64,000 nt of DNA from Macrostomum hystrix (taxonomy: Eukaryota; Animalia; Platyhelminthes): NCBI GenBank assembly GCA_950097015.1, contig CATNEN010000001.1, positions 7,626,001 through 7,690,000 of the forward strand, written 5' to 3'. A model generated the notes under the pieces. That model saw only the letters and a list, made by a program, of their open reading frames with translations. It was not told the origin of the DNA and did no database searches. How positions within the stretch are numbered: the first letter of the stretch is position 1; the number at the start of each line of letters is the position of its first letter. Positions 25,553 through 37,770 of this stretch are shown in pieces. The position numbers and the translations under genes were made by a program.

Positions 25553-28164
25553 ATGTCTCGCTTCGTATTGGCCGCCACGTCTATGCTAACTGTTCGCGGT
25601 AGCCTTCGAATGGTATCGCGCAGCCTCGGCTCCGGCGGCGGTCATCAAGTTGTTGAAAATACCACCAAGGAGAATTTCTTGGAGAAGGATATGGAATGCA
25701 TTGATATGCACAAGGGCAAGCAGTTTGTTGATGGCGGTCTGCCCGACGCTCTTGGCTACGCTGTCGGACGCTCCAGGATGGAAAAACTGGCCGAGCTAGC
25801 TGGCAACGACCAGTTCTACGAGACTAAACTGTACCACTTCTTTCCCAATAGCAAGGAGAAGCCGCATCTGGTACCTAGCCATATTCACTATCGCCAAGTT
25901 GGCTGTCCATGCCAAGAAACCAGCGTCAGCTATACCTTCTTGCACAAGAATGTCAACCAGAGGTTTGTTCGGATTGTTTCTCTGCGATTTATTGATCTAG
26001 AAGATGTTGTAGCCTAGTGGTTAGGGCGTCGGACTAACCACTTGAAGGTCGGGGGTTCGATTCCCGACACCACTAACACAATTTGTGTCGTTTAGCAAGA
26101 CACTTAGTGCTTCAGTTCACCCAGCTATTAAATGGGTACGGTAGTCAATAGTCGGTTCAACTTGAGGATCTGGGAAGATTGTAGGTTCAACTTGAGGATC
26201 TGGGAAGATTGTAGGTTCAACTTGAGGATCTGGGAAGATTTTAGGTTTAACTTGAGGATCTGGGAAGATTTCAGGTTTAAGTTGAGGATCTGGGAAGATT
26301 TTAGGTTTAACTTGAGGATCTGGGAAGATTTTAGCTTTAACTTGAGGATCTGGGAAGATTTTAGGTTTAACTTGAGGATCTGGGAAGATTGTAGGTTCAA
26401 CTTGAGGATCTGGGAAGATTTTAGGTTTAACTTGAGGATCTGGGAAGATTTCAGGTTTAAGTTGAGGATCTGGGAAGATTTTAGGTTTAACTTGAGGATC
26501 TGGGAAGATTTTAGCTTTAACTTGAGGATCTGGGAAGATTTTAGGTTTAACTTGAGGATCTGGGAAGATTTTAGGTTCAACTTGAGGATCTGGGAAGATT
26601 TTAGGTTTAACTTGAGGATCTGGGAAGATTTTAGCTTTAACTTGAGGATCTGGGAAGATTTTAGCTTTAACTTAAGGATCTGGGAAGATTTTAGCTTTAA
26701 CTTGAGGATCTGGGAAGATTTTAGGTTTAACTTGAGGATCTGGGAAGATTTTAGCTTTAACTTGAGGATCTGGGAAGATTTTAGCTTTAACTTGAGGATC
26801 TGGGAAGATTTTAGCTTTAACTTAAGGATCTGGGAAGATTTTAGGTTCAATTTGTGTGAAGAATTGAGAGAACCAGTCAGCGGTTTAATTGTCAGAAAAG
26901 TACGCGCTCACACTCGCATGCAGCGCGGGTCATTTATATTATTTTATCAGCACGTTGGCATCAATGTACATATATTATGAACTGGATTAATGTACATACT
27001 GGCTTGGACAGGCAGGTAATAATTTAACAACGTGCTAAATGAAACGTTGCACGTGCAACGTACAACGTGCTAATACGAGTATAGGACTAAATGAAAGGTT
27101 AGAATATTTTTATAAGCAGCGGAGCTCTCACAATTTGAGGATCTGGGAAGATTTTAGGTTCAATAGCTGCGGCTATGCTGTCGGCTGCACATCTGGTCCA
27201 ATTGGGGCAGGTGTAATCAATTATTATATTTATTGTTATAAGTTTAATTTGTTGATTTGGCAGGATTATAGGATCAATTTGAAAATCGATGTTGATCATT
27301 TAACAGTAGCACTACGAAGCCATTTTGGCGCCATGGGGAATTCCCCTTCAGTGAAATTTTTTGGCAGCGCCTGAATACTAACACCGTTGGGTGGTGACTG
27401 ATTGGTTGACAGACTAGGCGATGGTGTCTTGTGGTTGAGCTGCGCCTAATATTTAGGCTTGATCAGTGAAATTGGAGAAATTCGCGTCAGGGTGTCCATA
27501 GTGGCCTTGTTCCACCTGTTGTAGCCCTTGAAGGTCCAGCAAATCCGTCTAGACAAAGTTAGGTGACCACCAAAGACGGAGATGATGCAGGCACATTCAG
27601 GTGACATGCTGATAAATTCGAAGGCCCGGCAAGTATCAAATACACTAGCCTTAAGGGAAAAATCTGACCTTCGGCCAGAACCATTGAATATCTCGACGGT
27701 CTGAAGAGCTGGCGACTTGATTCTTGTTTCAGAGGATGCGCAACATAAATTTGGCCCGTGTTCTTGACTTTCGTGTGCTTGCGTTGTTCCGTTCGGGTGC
27801 AGTGAAAAAATGGTCACAGTGGGGGTGGTAGTTCTACTCTTAATGCTGTTATATTTATTCATTTGTGTTCCACTGTCCCAGGTGCTTCTGCGGCCACCAC
27901 ATGCGCCTAGTGTCCTACGACGAGTACTTCCAGGACCTGCGCAAGCGAATCACGGCCTGCTACGAGGCCTATCACAAACTGCCGGAGGGCAAGCGCTCCT
28001 TCGACGTCTTGGACGAGGAGTTCAAGGTTCTGGTCCACAATTATCCCATGGTGGTTGGACCCATTGAACGCGGCGCTCTTGAAGGCGCCCTGCCGCCAAA
28101 GACCTGGAAGGAGCTGGAGGACAACCTTGGCAATCTGCGAACTCCGCTAATTAACCTGCACTAG
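25553..28164 (+). CDS. COX5B: Cytochrome c oxidase subunit 5B-like with a C-terminal extension; exons 25553-25962, 27882-28164
   Basis: Arg/Ser-rich presequence, LPDALGYAVGRSRMEKLAELAG, SKEKPHLVPS...RQVGCPC...QR|CFCGHHMRL zinc-site motif. Confidence 0.85.
26153..26850. repeat. Minisatellite, 30-bp unit AACTTGAGGATCTGGGAAGATTTTAGGTTT
   Basis: About 23 near-identical copies; one more unit at 27133-27161. Confidence 0.97.
26855..27132. mobile_element. Solo LTR (278 bp), TGTGA...TCACA, 5-bp TSD ATTTG
   Basis: ATTTG at 26850-26854 and 27133-27137; removing the element restores a minisatellite unit. Confidence 0.82.
27300..27800 (-). mobile_element. Possible decayed hAT transposase N-terminal (TTF-type zinc finger) fragment
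   Basis: Minus-strand WTFKGYNRWNKA resembles the GFxNWKKA motif of hAT TTF fingers; weak. Confidence 0.3.
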
Positions 28165-28814
28165 AACAGACGAACTTCAGCCGCGGACAAACAACCCCGA
28201 GAGTCTGTTAAATGGGATTTAAAAAATAGACAATTCGAAATTCACTTAGCCTAGACTAACTGACTGAAATAGAACTGTTTTACTGTATTCTATTTATCCA
28301 TCCTTACATAGTAGTCTGTTTGAAAAAGTATCTGGAAATGAAAACAAATAGAAATACTTTTATACTACTTAGAACGAGTAGTCTTATTTGCCTATGTGTC
28401 GGAAAATGCAAAACTCAAGCAAACTCTAATAATAAGAAACGGTAATTAAATTCTGTTTTTTTTGTCTTACGCCTCTTTGTGTACCTCTACTTCTTAGAAA
28501 GAAAACTAGCACAACAAGGCTGCGCTGTCATCAATTGACATTTGAAAGTCACTTTAAAGTATGCCGGAAATGATGAATTATGTCATCTTATATCTTGAGT
28601 TTGGCTTAGTTGTTGTTAGCTAATCAGCTATCAAACTTAACTGTTCGATTTATTAGCAACATCTCTGAGGCGGTCGAAAATTATTTGGCAGGTTAAGCAA
28701 AGAAACCACAAATAAATTGTCTCCGATTAAAATGTTTTTTTTCGGTTACTAATTCTGACTAGAGGAGTCTGTTTTCGTTATTTCTTCCTCGGTTTAGAAT
28801 TTAGCGTGTTACGT

Positions 28815-29405
28815 CATTATAGTCGGTAAACTCGGGCCCGCGGGCCGTATGCGGCCCTCAAAGCTCCCAAATCCGGCCCGCTGCCCCTTCCAACACCTTC
28901 AGTATCTTGTCTCATCTTTCCCTTATCTCATCTCTGTCTCTCATCTGGAGATAGAGTCTCATCTCTCCTGTGTCATCTCTCCTTTGTCCCATCTATCCCG
29001 TATCTCATCTCTCCCGTGTCTCATCCATCCGTGTTTCATCTATCCCTTATCTTATCTCTCCCCTGTCTCATCTCTTCCATGTCTCATCTCTCCCGTATCT
29101 CATCTCTCCCGTGTCTCATCTCTCCCGTGTCTCATCTCTTCCATGTCTCATCTCTCCCCTGTCTCATCTCTCCCGTGTCTCATCCATCCCATGTCTTATC
29201 TCTTCTCTATCTCTCCTCTCTCTCTAATCTGTAGATAGAGTGTCTCATCTCTTCCCTTTCTCATCTATCCCGTCTCATCTCTTCTCAGTCTTATCTCCCG
29301 CTGTCTTATCTATCCCCTTTCCCATATTCCTACAGTGAATGCTACCCGCTGTCGTATTTTAGGTTCTCTCCATGGCCCGCACGCTAATAAGTTTGCTGGC
29401 CACTG
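28815..29405. mobile_element. hAT (Charlie/Buster-type) MITE with an internal minisatellite
   Basis: Left end GTCGGTAAACTCGGGCCCGCGGGCCGTATGCGGCCC and right end GGCCCGC...AAGTTTGCTGGCCACTG are typical hAT MITE ends. Confidence 0.7.
28900..29330. repeat. Pyrimidine-rich minisatellite (CTCATCTCTCCCGTGT variants)
   Basis: Tandem imperfect units inside the hAT MITE. Confidence 0.9.
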
Positions 29406-29487
29406 TCATATGAATTTGGAAATATACAGTTTTTTTTCATATATTAGCAGTCTGTAGCGGAATCGTATGTCATTTTTATCTTTCTAG

Positions 29488-32400
29488 TCGGATCAAGCCA
29501 TCGATATCTACGACGACCTCCCCACTGGGGCGGCGCCAATCATAACTGGCGGCGGCAGCTTCAAAGGCGCCAGCGGAGAAGTCAAAAATGGTCGAGATCT
29601 TGCGCACATACGCGTAACAGCCTGGCTAACATCCGACGCCTCTGATTGGTCGAATCTGCCGGAAGCTTTAGCGGAACGCCTTGAGAGTGATCGGCGCCGT
29701 TTGATCTCTGCCGGCGTCGGCGCTTTTGTAGTTAATGACGGATCTTCGCTAGCCAAATTCCTGTCCGAATCTAAGAAATCCAATTTGGGCGCCTACGATC
29801 ATCCAGCGAGATTAACCTGCCGGTGGAGTCACGGCGCTGCCGATGTTGATTGCACTGTTCCCATAGCAACGGTTGTCACCGACGCCGCTGGTAGTCATCG
29901 TTCTAATAGACGAAGTGTCAGTGTTGCGCTTCGATTTGATTATTTGTGTGCGGTGTTAATTGGCGGCAGTTATGACGATGACGTCAGTGACACCTGGCGA
30001 AAGTTGGACTCTGGCCTAGTTGACTATGCTCGCCAATTAGGCTTAGCTGTTTCCAAGTGGCACCAACCCGTAGATACTAATTATTATCGATTAGCTGAGC
30101 CATTGATTAGCGGCCGGCCCAGGTTAGTTAGAGTTCTGTACCCGGCCGGAGCTCTGCCTGATGAGCAGCGACTGTTGCGTCACGCTTGGCACGATCAGCT
30201 CGGAGTGGCCAAGACTGGTCCTGTGTTTTGGCCAGCTATGAAACTGAAGTTCCTTGGCGACTCCACAGCGGGACCCGATGGGGCTAACAATTGTAGCGAA
30301 GATGCAAGGCTAGTGATTAACCCACATTTGAAGGTTTGCAGTTTTTGTCTTTTTGGTGCGTTTAGTTAGATCGATGAATTCTTTGCCTTTGATCATTCGA
30401 TTGCAATTTATCCCATAATATGATCCTCATATCATACTTTATCCCATAATCTGATCCTCATATCATACTTTATCCCATAATATGATCCTCATATCATACT
30501 TTATCCCATAATATGATCCTCATATCATACTTAATCCCATAATCTAATCCTCATATCATACTTTATCCCATAATCTGATCCTCATATCATACTTTATCCC
30601 ATAATCTGATCCTCATATCATACTTTATCCCATAATCTGATCCTCATATCATACTTTATCCCATAATCTGATCCTCATATCATACTTTATCCCATAATCT
30701 GATCCTCATATCATACTTTGTCCCATAATCTGATCCTCATATCATAGTTTATCCCATAAAGGAGGTTGATGCCTTGTGGTTGCAGTGTCGGGCTGACGGC
30801 TTGAAGGTCGAGGTTTCGATTCCAGACTCCGATGGAACAATTTGTGTCCTTTAGCAAGACACTTAACAATGCATTGCTTCAGTTAAATAGGTTCCACCAT
30901 TAGCTGAGGTGAGAGGGTGTGGCGTCCCCCAGTCCATGGACTGAACAGCCGTACGCAGCCTTCAGATGCGCCGCGCAATAGCTGCGGCTGTGCTGTCAGG
31001 TGTAATAAATTCTGATTTTTTTATCTTAAGGGTGGCACAGTAAAAACTTGTTTACCCCATTATCAAGTCCTCGTATTATGCAAATATATGAAACTCCTTC
31101 TATACTACTAACAGTAGCAATTTGTAAATTTTCACGCAACACGCAGGCGAAGCCACAGCCGGACGCCGCGCCCTGGGTGACTAGGACTGTGCAGGGTGAT
31201 TATGCCTACTATCACTATGGCAGCTGCAGCTTCCACGACTCTGGCTGGGGTTGCGCCTACAGGTGCGCTGTCTTCTGAATCTGAATCCCCAGTTATTATT
31301 ACATGACTCTATTCAAATCCCATTCCAAGAAATCCCGTGCAGTGTTTTAAATCACACTTCTGTAGTTCCTATCCCTAGGAATTTCAAGAAAGCTTTTTAA
31401 ACCATATTTCTCAGAAGCCGATTGAGCTGCTCTAGAAATCCATTGAAGCTAACCGAATCCCATTTCTAGAAATCCCCTTGGAGCTAGCCGAATCCCATTT
31501 CTCTAAATCTCATTGTAGCTAACCGAATCCCATTTCTAGAAATCCCCTTGTAGCTAAACGAATCCCATTTCTAGAAATCCCCTTGTAGCTAAACGAATCT
31601 CATTTCTAGAAATCCCCTTGTAGCTAAACGAATCCCATTTCTTGAAATCCCCTTGTAGCTAAACGAATCCCATTTCTAGATATCCCCTTGTAGCTAAACG
31701 AATCCCATTTCTAGAAATCCCCTTGGAGCTATCCGAATCCCATTTCTCGAAATCTCATTGTAGCTAACCGAATCCCATTTCTAGAAATCTCATTGTAGCT
31801 AACCGAATCCCATTTCTTGAAATCCCCTTGTAGCTAAACGAATCCCATTTCTAGAAATCGCCTTGTAGCTAAACGAATCCCATTTCTTGAAATCCCCTTG
31901 TAGCTAAACGAATCCCATTTCTTGAAATCCCCTTGTAGCTAACCGAATCCCATTTCTAGATATCCCCTTGTAGCTAACCGAATCCCATTTCTTGAAATTC
32001 CCTTGTAGCTAACCGAAATCCATTTCTAGAAATCCCCTTGTAGCTAAACGAATCCCATTTCTAGAAATCCCCTTTGAGCTAACCGAATCCTTTTTTTAGA
32101 AATCCTCTTGGAGCAAACCGAATGCCCTTCTAGAAATCCCTTTAAATCCTTGAATTTCACTGAATTTCCTAAATTAGTTAATTCCTCCCAAAATATTTCC
32201 CGGAAACTCTAGTTGTGTGTGGCGTATATTTGTGCGTTAAAAAATCTCCCCATTTCCCAGATCCCTCCAGACGCTGATCTCCTGGCTGCGCCGTCGCGGT
32301 CTGACAGATGCCCCGGTGCCGCGGCACGAAGCGATTCAACGCGCCCTAGTTGATCTGGGCGACAAGCCAAAGTCTCTGATTGGCTCGCGACAATGGCTTG

Positions 32401-33500
32401 GAGCGGTCGAGCTGTCCTACGCTTTGAAAAGTTTAACTGGTGTCACTGCACGATTGCTGCACGTTAGCAGGGGAGCCGAATTACCTGAGCAGGTGCGAAT
32501 AGTTTAATTGGTGTTTTAATCACAGATCCCTATTTTTGAATCGGTATTTTCCCAGATCCTCAATTTTAAATCGGTATTTTCCCAGATCCCTAATTTTGAA
32601 TCGGTATTTTCCCAGATCCCTAATTTTTGAATCGGTATTTTCCCAGATCCCTAATTTTTGAATCGGTATTTTCCCAGATCCCTAATTTTTGAATCGGTAT
32701 TTTCCCAGATCCTCAATTTTGAATCGGTATTTTCCCAGATCCCTATTTTTAAATCGGTATTCCTCCAGATCCCTAATTTTGAATCGGTATTTTCCCAGAT
32801 CCCTATTTTTAAATCGGTATTCTTCCAGATCCCTAATTTTGAATCGGTATTTTCCCAGATCCATAAATTTGAGTCGCTATCTTCCTAATCCCAAGGTTTC
32901 GTGTGTTTAGCAGTCGACCAGTCCATGGACTTAATAGTCCAATAGTCGACCAGTCCATGGACTTAATAGTCCAACAGTCGACCAGTCCATGGACTTAATA
33001 GTCCAATAGTCGACCAGTCCATGGACTTAATCGTCCAATAGTCGACCAGTCCATGGACTGAATAGTCCAATAGTCGACCAGTCCATGGACTGAACAGCCG
33101 TAAACCGCATTTTTAGTGCCGCGCAACAGCTGCAGCTGTGCCACTGGTTGTACTTTAGGCCCAACTGGGAAATGTTGCCAGTTTAATTTTAAACAATAAA
33201 TATTAGTGCTAAAAAATAACTCATCGATTTCAGGCGCGCCTATTGCTGCATCACTTTGAGACGATTGGCTCGCCAGTTATGATTGGCGGCGGGCAGTATG
33301 CTCACACTCTGCTGGGCTGCAGTCTCAACGAAGCTAGCGGTGAGGTTCGCTTTCTGGTGCTGGATCCGCACTACACTGGCGTGGAAACTGACGCGCGAGT
33401 GTTGAACAAGGACGGCTGGTGTGCCTGGAAACCATCCGGCTTCTTCAAATCCGATGTGCACTATAATCTGTGCATTCCGCAGCCAGATTTGGGCGTTTAA
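29488..33500 (+). CDS. UFSP2: UFM1-specific protease 2 (peptidase C78); exons 29488-30333, 31147-31262, 32261-32492, 33234-33500; first exon not resolved
   Basis: LVINPH, VQGDYAYYHY, DSGWGCAYR|SLQTLISW (catalytic Cys), IQRALVDLGDKP..LIGSRQWLG, PVMIGGG, FLVLDPHYTG (Asp/His), YNLCIPQ; long N-terminal domain indicates UFSP2. Confidence 0.93.
30408..30758. repeat. Minisatellite, 31-bp unit TTATCCCATAATCTGATCCTCATATCATACT
   Basis: About 11 copies ending immediately before a SINE 5' end. Confidence 0.96.
30761..31008 (+). mobile_element. CORE-type tRNA-SINE (family 1)
   Basis: Colinear with 63708-64000, including GTGTCCTTTAGCAAGACACTTAAC and CAGTCCATGGACTGAACAGCCG. Confidence 0.88.
31430..32140. 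repeat. Minisatellite, 35-bp unit GTAGCTAAACGAATCCCATTTCTAGAAATCCCCTT
   Basis: About 19 tandem copies in a UFSP2 intron. Confidence 0.96.
32522..32872. repeat. Minisatellite, 30-31-bp unit TTTTCCCAGATCCCTAATTTTGAATCGGTA
   Basis: About 11 copies in the last UFSP2 intron. Confidence 0.96.
32911..33170 (+). repeat. SINE-derived minisatellite (32-bp unit AGTCGACCAGTCCATGGACTTAATAGTCCAAT) running into a SINE 3' remnant
   Basis: Six units containing CAGTCCATGGACT; the last continues as GAACAGCCGTA...GCCGCGCAACAGCTGC like SINE family 1. Confidence 0.85.
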
Positions 33501-33577
33501 CTCGCAGCTTGATTATTGTTAGCTTTGATTTGTATTTAAACAGTATATAACTTTTAACTGTAGAAATTTTAAAACTA

Positions 33578-34330
33578 TTTGATCCCCTAATCTCTTGTAG
33601 GTCAGTTCCCCTAATCTCTTGTACATTAGATCCCCTAATCTCTTGTAGATCAGTTCCCCTAATCTCTTGTAGGTCAGATCCTCTAATCTCTTGTAGGTCA
33701 GTTCCCCTAATCTCTTGTAGGTCAGTTCCCCTAATATCTTGTAGGTCAGATCCTCTAATCTCTTGTAGGTCAGTTCCCCTAATCTCTTGTAGGTCAGATC
33801 CCCTAATCTCTTGAAGGTATGATCCCCTCATCTCTTGTAGGTCAGTTCCCCTAATCTCTGGTAGGTCAGATCCCCTAATCTCTTCTAGGTCAGATCCTCT
33901 AATCTCTTCTAGGTCAGATCCCCTAATCTCTTCTAGGTCAGATCCCCTAATCTCTTTCAGGTCAGATCCCCTAATCTCTTTTAGGTCTGATCCCCTAATC
34001 TCTTTTAGGTCAGATCCTCTAATCTCTTGTAGGTCAGATCCTCTAATCTCTTCTAGGTCAGATCCCCTAATCTCTTTTAGGTCAGATCCCCTAATCTCTT
34101 GTAGGTCAGATCCCCTAATCTCTTGTAGGTCAGATCCCCTAATCTCTTTTAGGTCAGATCCCCTAATCTCTTCTAGGTCAGATCCCCTAATCTCTTTTAG
34201 GTCAGATCCCCTAATCTCTTCTAGGTCAGATCCCCTAATCTCTTTTAGGTCAGATCCCCTAATCTCTTCTAGGTCAGATCCCCTAATCTCTTTTAGGTCA
34301 GATCCCCTAATCTCTTTTAGGTCAGATCTA
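33578..34330. repeat. Minisatellite, 24-bp unit AGGTCAGATCCCCTAATCTCTTGT
   Basis: About 31 copies starting ~80 bp after the UFSP2 stop. Confidence 0.97.
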
Positions 34331-35260
34331 ATTTACAGACATGACAGTACAGTTTGTTGGATTTTGCTTTTTCCGTTAAATTAATCTTACAATATAAAAT
34401 GTTTGATTAATTAATACAGTTTAATCATTCGATTTGTTTGATCAGATCGTTTGTTACATTGTGATGCTAATGTGCTTATTGTGGCTATCTGCTTACAAAT
34501 CCCAAGTTTGCTCTTTATAATAATTATTATTAAAACGCGTCATATATCAAGTCGGTGACAGTGTTAGCTACAGCTTCGAAATGCTTAATTAACGCACCTA
34601 TTTACCTGTTAAAGTCGCATTATCAATAAAAATGTGTCTGTTTTCCCCAATATTTTCAAATGCAATTTTCTATATACTTATTAGTCATGGAATGTTTTTG
34701 GAAAACTCCTCAATTAGATAGCAAATACAAATGAAAACAAACTGATTTGTGTTTTGTCGATTGGCAAATGACTTTGGTGATATTGTGTGATTTTGTGCAG
34801 TGCTCTGAAAAAATTGTCTTTTGGCTTTTAAATAGGTTTGTGTTTGCTTTGAAGTTATTTCATTTTTTCTATCCAGATTGATTGACAAATAATTGATATG
34901 ACAACTAGTAATTTGTCTGTGGCTCGATCGCAGCTAACGAGCGTACAGCTGGTTAGTCCATGGACTGGGGCCAACCTAGAAAAACCATGCCTGTACGCTT
35001 ACGTACACCTGCCAATTTCCAAATTCTGAAATAATTTAAAACGGTTTGCTGCATGGACACTTGCAGATCAGACTACGGTTACGATTAACTCCGGACTACA
35101 ATTATTGCAAGAAGATTATGCGGTGGACAAAGCCTTCAGGAAGTCAAGCATCCATCTCAAAATCGCTTGCGTCTTTGCCCCGTACACATGAACAAATTCT
35201 TGATGAAAGATACGAATACACGGCAAGGAGTTCTTAATTAAAATGACGGCGCACATTTAA

Positions 35261-35956
35261 AGGCCTGTTTTCGTATAAGGTACAGTAACGAGATTTAAAA
35301 AAATCGCTCTTTTAGAAGAAAAATGGTTGTAACTTTCGATCTGTAACAATCATAGCAGAATATAAACTGCATTTAACAAGTCTCGTAGATCCATCTCTAA
35401 ATAATAATAATTGATTACACCTGCCCCAATTGGGCCAGATGTGCAGCCGACAGCACAGCCGCAGCTATTGCACGGCACATCTGAAGGCTGCGTTCGGCTG
35501 TTCAGTCCATGGACTGGGGGGACGCCACACTCACCCTCAATTATCCCAGCTAATGCTGGTACCCATTTAACAGCTTGATGAACTAAAGCAGTGCTGAGTT
35601 CAGTGTCTTGCTAAGGGACGCAAATTGTTCCAGTGGAGTCGGGTATCGAACCCCCGACCTTCAAGTAGTGAGTCCGACGCACTACGAGCGTACCACAACG
35701 CTTCAGCCTCCTACAAGGCCGCAATCTCTGAAACATAATTTAGAATCATTGTATGTACGAGGGGAACTTGCTAACATTTATGAGTACATTTATGAGTACA
35801 GTCACAAGTATCTCAAATCACGCATTGCTGCGACTTAATTAGGAGAGAACTAAACAGAATGAGGATGTACATAATCAGCATGTTTTTCTTTCCAAAATCT
35901 CGTATTAAACTTTTGCCCACTGAGTCGCTACCGCCTTTTTGGACGAAAACAGGCCT
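35261..35956. mobile_element. Kolobok-like MITE containing a SINE
   Basis: TIR AGGCCTGTTTTCGT...ACGAAAACAGGCCT, flanked by TTAA and TTCA. Confidence 0.6.
35400..35711 (-). mobile_element. CORE-type tRNA-SINE (family 1), full length
   Basis: Reverse complement of 63708-64000 with a (TTA)n tail. Confidence 0.9.
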
Positions 35957-36404
35957 TTCAAAAGTTTTTTTTAATCAACTGTGTCCCGTCCTGTAGCTTC
36001 GGACACGAACTAGAGAAAGCACGCGTTTTCAGAAAAGTTAAGAAGGTTTTTTCGAGTTTGCCAAAATCACTAGCAATCAGTAAGTGCGATATAGGCTTTT
36101 CTAATGTAAATTATTAGTGATATAATTTGCATTTTTGACACAGCCAAGTACAAGTCCTGCTCCAATGTAGCAAGCTCTCAATCCAGGCACGGCACTGGAC
36201 CACCTGTCTAGTTCGCACAAAAGCTAACCTATAGCTTTGGCCCCAATCAAAGCGAACTCAAAACTTTTGCGCTTTTGCTTGTCTTTAGCTTTGGCAAGTT
36301 CCCAGCTGAATCAGACATTTCCTTTTATTCATGCGTCCGAATGAAGCACCTAATGAAAGAAAGCAGATAATCGTTCTAAACAAGCACACTTGGCCGGATT
36401 TAAA

Positions 36405-37770
36405 ATGTGTGACCTGCAGAAGCTGAATGACGTCGCGGTGGCGAAGATCGATGCGTCCAGCTCACTGCTGAGCAGCGTGAGCTCTCGCCTGTGGAGCAAC
36501 CCGGAGCTGGCCCTGGAGGAGCGAATGGCGCACCAGATGCTGACGGAGGTGCTGGAGCAGGCGGGCTTCAGCGTGACTCGCCACTTTGTGCTGGAGACCG
36601 GATTCAAGGCCACATTCGGGTCGTCTCCGACTGCTCGGCCCCACGTGGCTGTGATGTGCGAGTTCGACGCCCTGCCTTCGATCGGACACGCGTGCGGCCA
36701 CAACCTGATCGCGGAGGTAGCGGTGGGCGCCGGAGTGGGCATCAAGGCCGCCATCGAGGCCGGAGCGGTCGGGAGAGTGACAGTGCTCGGCACACCGGCT
36801 GAGGAAGGCTACGGAGGCAAGATTGATATGATCAGGTCGGGCCAATATCGTAAAGCTTCGTTACTGTTAATAATACGCATTTAGCATAATGGGCCTATCG
36901 TTGATTTCTTATCAGATCCGGATTCTTTTCCGACGTTGACGTCGCAATGATGGCCCATCCGTTCAAGCTGACCGCCGTTAATATCGAAGCTCTCTGCAGG
37001 CAGTCGCTACGTGTCACCTTCACCGGCAAGGCGTCGCACGCCGCCGGCTCGCCATGGGAGGGCGTGAATGCTCTGGACGCTGCGGTTACGGCCTACCAGA
37101 GCGTGTCGAACCTGCGACAGCAGATGCGGCCCGAGTGGCGGGTCCACGGCATATTTAAGGAGGGCGGCCAGCGACCCAACATCATCCCGGAGCGGGCTGT
37201 GTTGGGTGAGGAGCTTTTAGAACTTGAATCTTTAACAAAACTTTGAATTGTGGGCATCCTGCCGTTGAGCACACGCCTAATATTTTCCTCGCAGAGTACT
37301 ACATCCGCTGTCCCACAGACAAGGAGGTGGCGGTATTGAGACGCAAAGTGGAGGCCTGCTTTAATGCAGCTGCCGCAGCCACTGGTTGCCAGTGCCAAGT
37401 CGAACAGTCGGCTCAGACCTATAGCAGCATGATCAACAACCGGCCAATGTTAGAACTGTTCCGCCACAACCTGAGCCATCTGCGGGTGCTCTTCGCGGAG
37501 TTCACTAACGAATGGTGCGGCTCAACGGACATGGGCAACGTGAGCTACGCTGTACCGTCAATTCATCCAATCTTCTCTGTGGGCGGCTGCGCTGAGAACC
37601 ACACCAGGGAGTTCACGGAGCTAGCTGGTCAGCCAGGCGCTCAGCCGCACGCTCTGGCTCAGGCCAAGGCTCTGGCCATGACCGGCGTCGACATCCTGAC
37701 TCAACCGGCTGAGCTGGAGCGAGTTCGGCTGAGCTTCGCTGCCGATCTGGAGATGTACAGAGCGGACTAG
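36405..37770 (+). CDS. PM20D2: PM20D2-like M20D amidohydrolase, copy 1; exons 36405-36835, 36916-37205, 37295-37770
   Basis: EFDALPSIGHACGHNL, GTPAEE, MAHP, GKASHAAGSPWEGVNALDA, GSTDMGNVS, NHT; intact frame. Confidence 0.92.

Larger units (their letters stand above)
26005..27230 (+). mobile_element. CORE-type tRNA-SINE (family 1), split by a minisatellite and a solo LTR, in the COX5B intron
   Basis: Head and CORE at 26005-26140 and 3' tail at 27162-27230 both match the full copy at 63708-64000. Confidence 0.85.

Noticed and set aside
26128-26980. Long repetitive ORFs (also 8823-9312, 58576-59664, 4305-4611, 33445-33831, 28849-29238)
   Set aside because: Products of stop-free minisatellite units, mostly intronic or intergenic
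28561-28691. First coding exon of UFSP2
   Set aside because: ATG-initiated frames stop before the donor at 28692 and the phase-compatible frame lacks an ATG; left unresolved
30408-34330. CRISPR-like arrays of 24-35-bp repeats
   Set aside because: Head-to-tail units with no unique spacers, no cas genes, eukaryotic context
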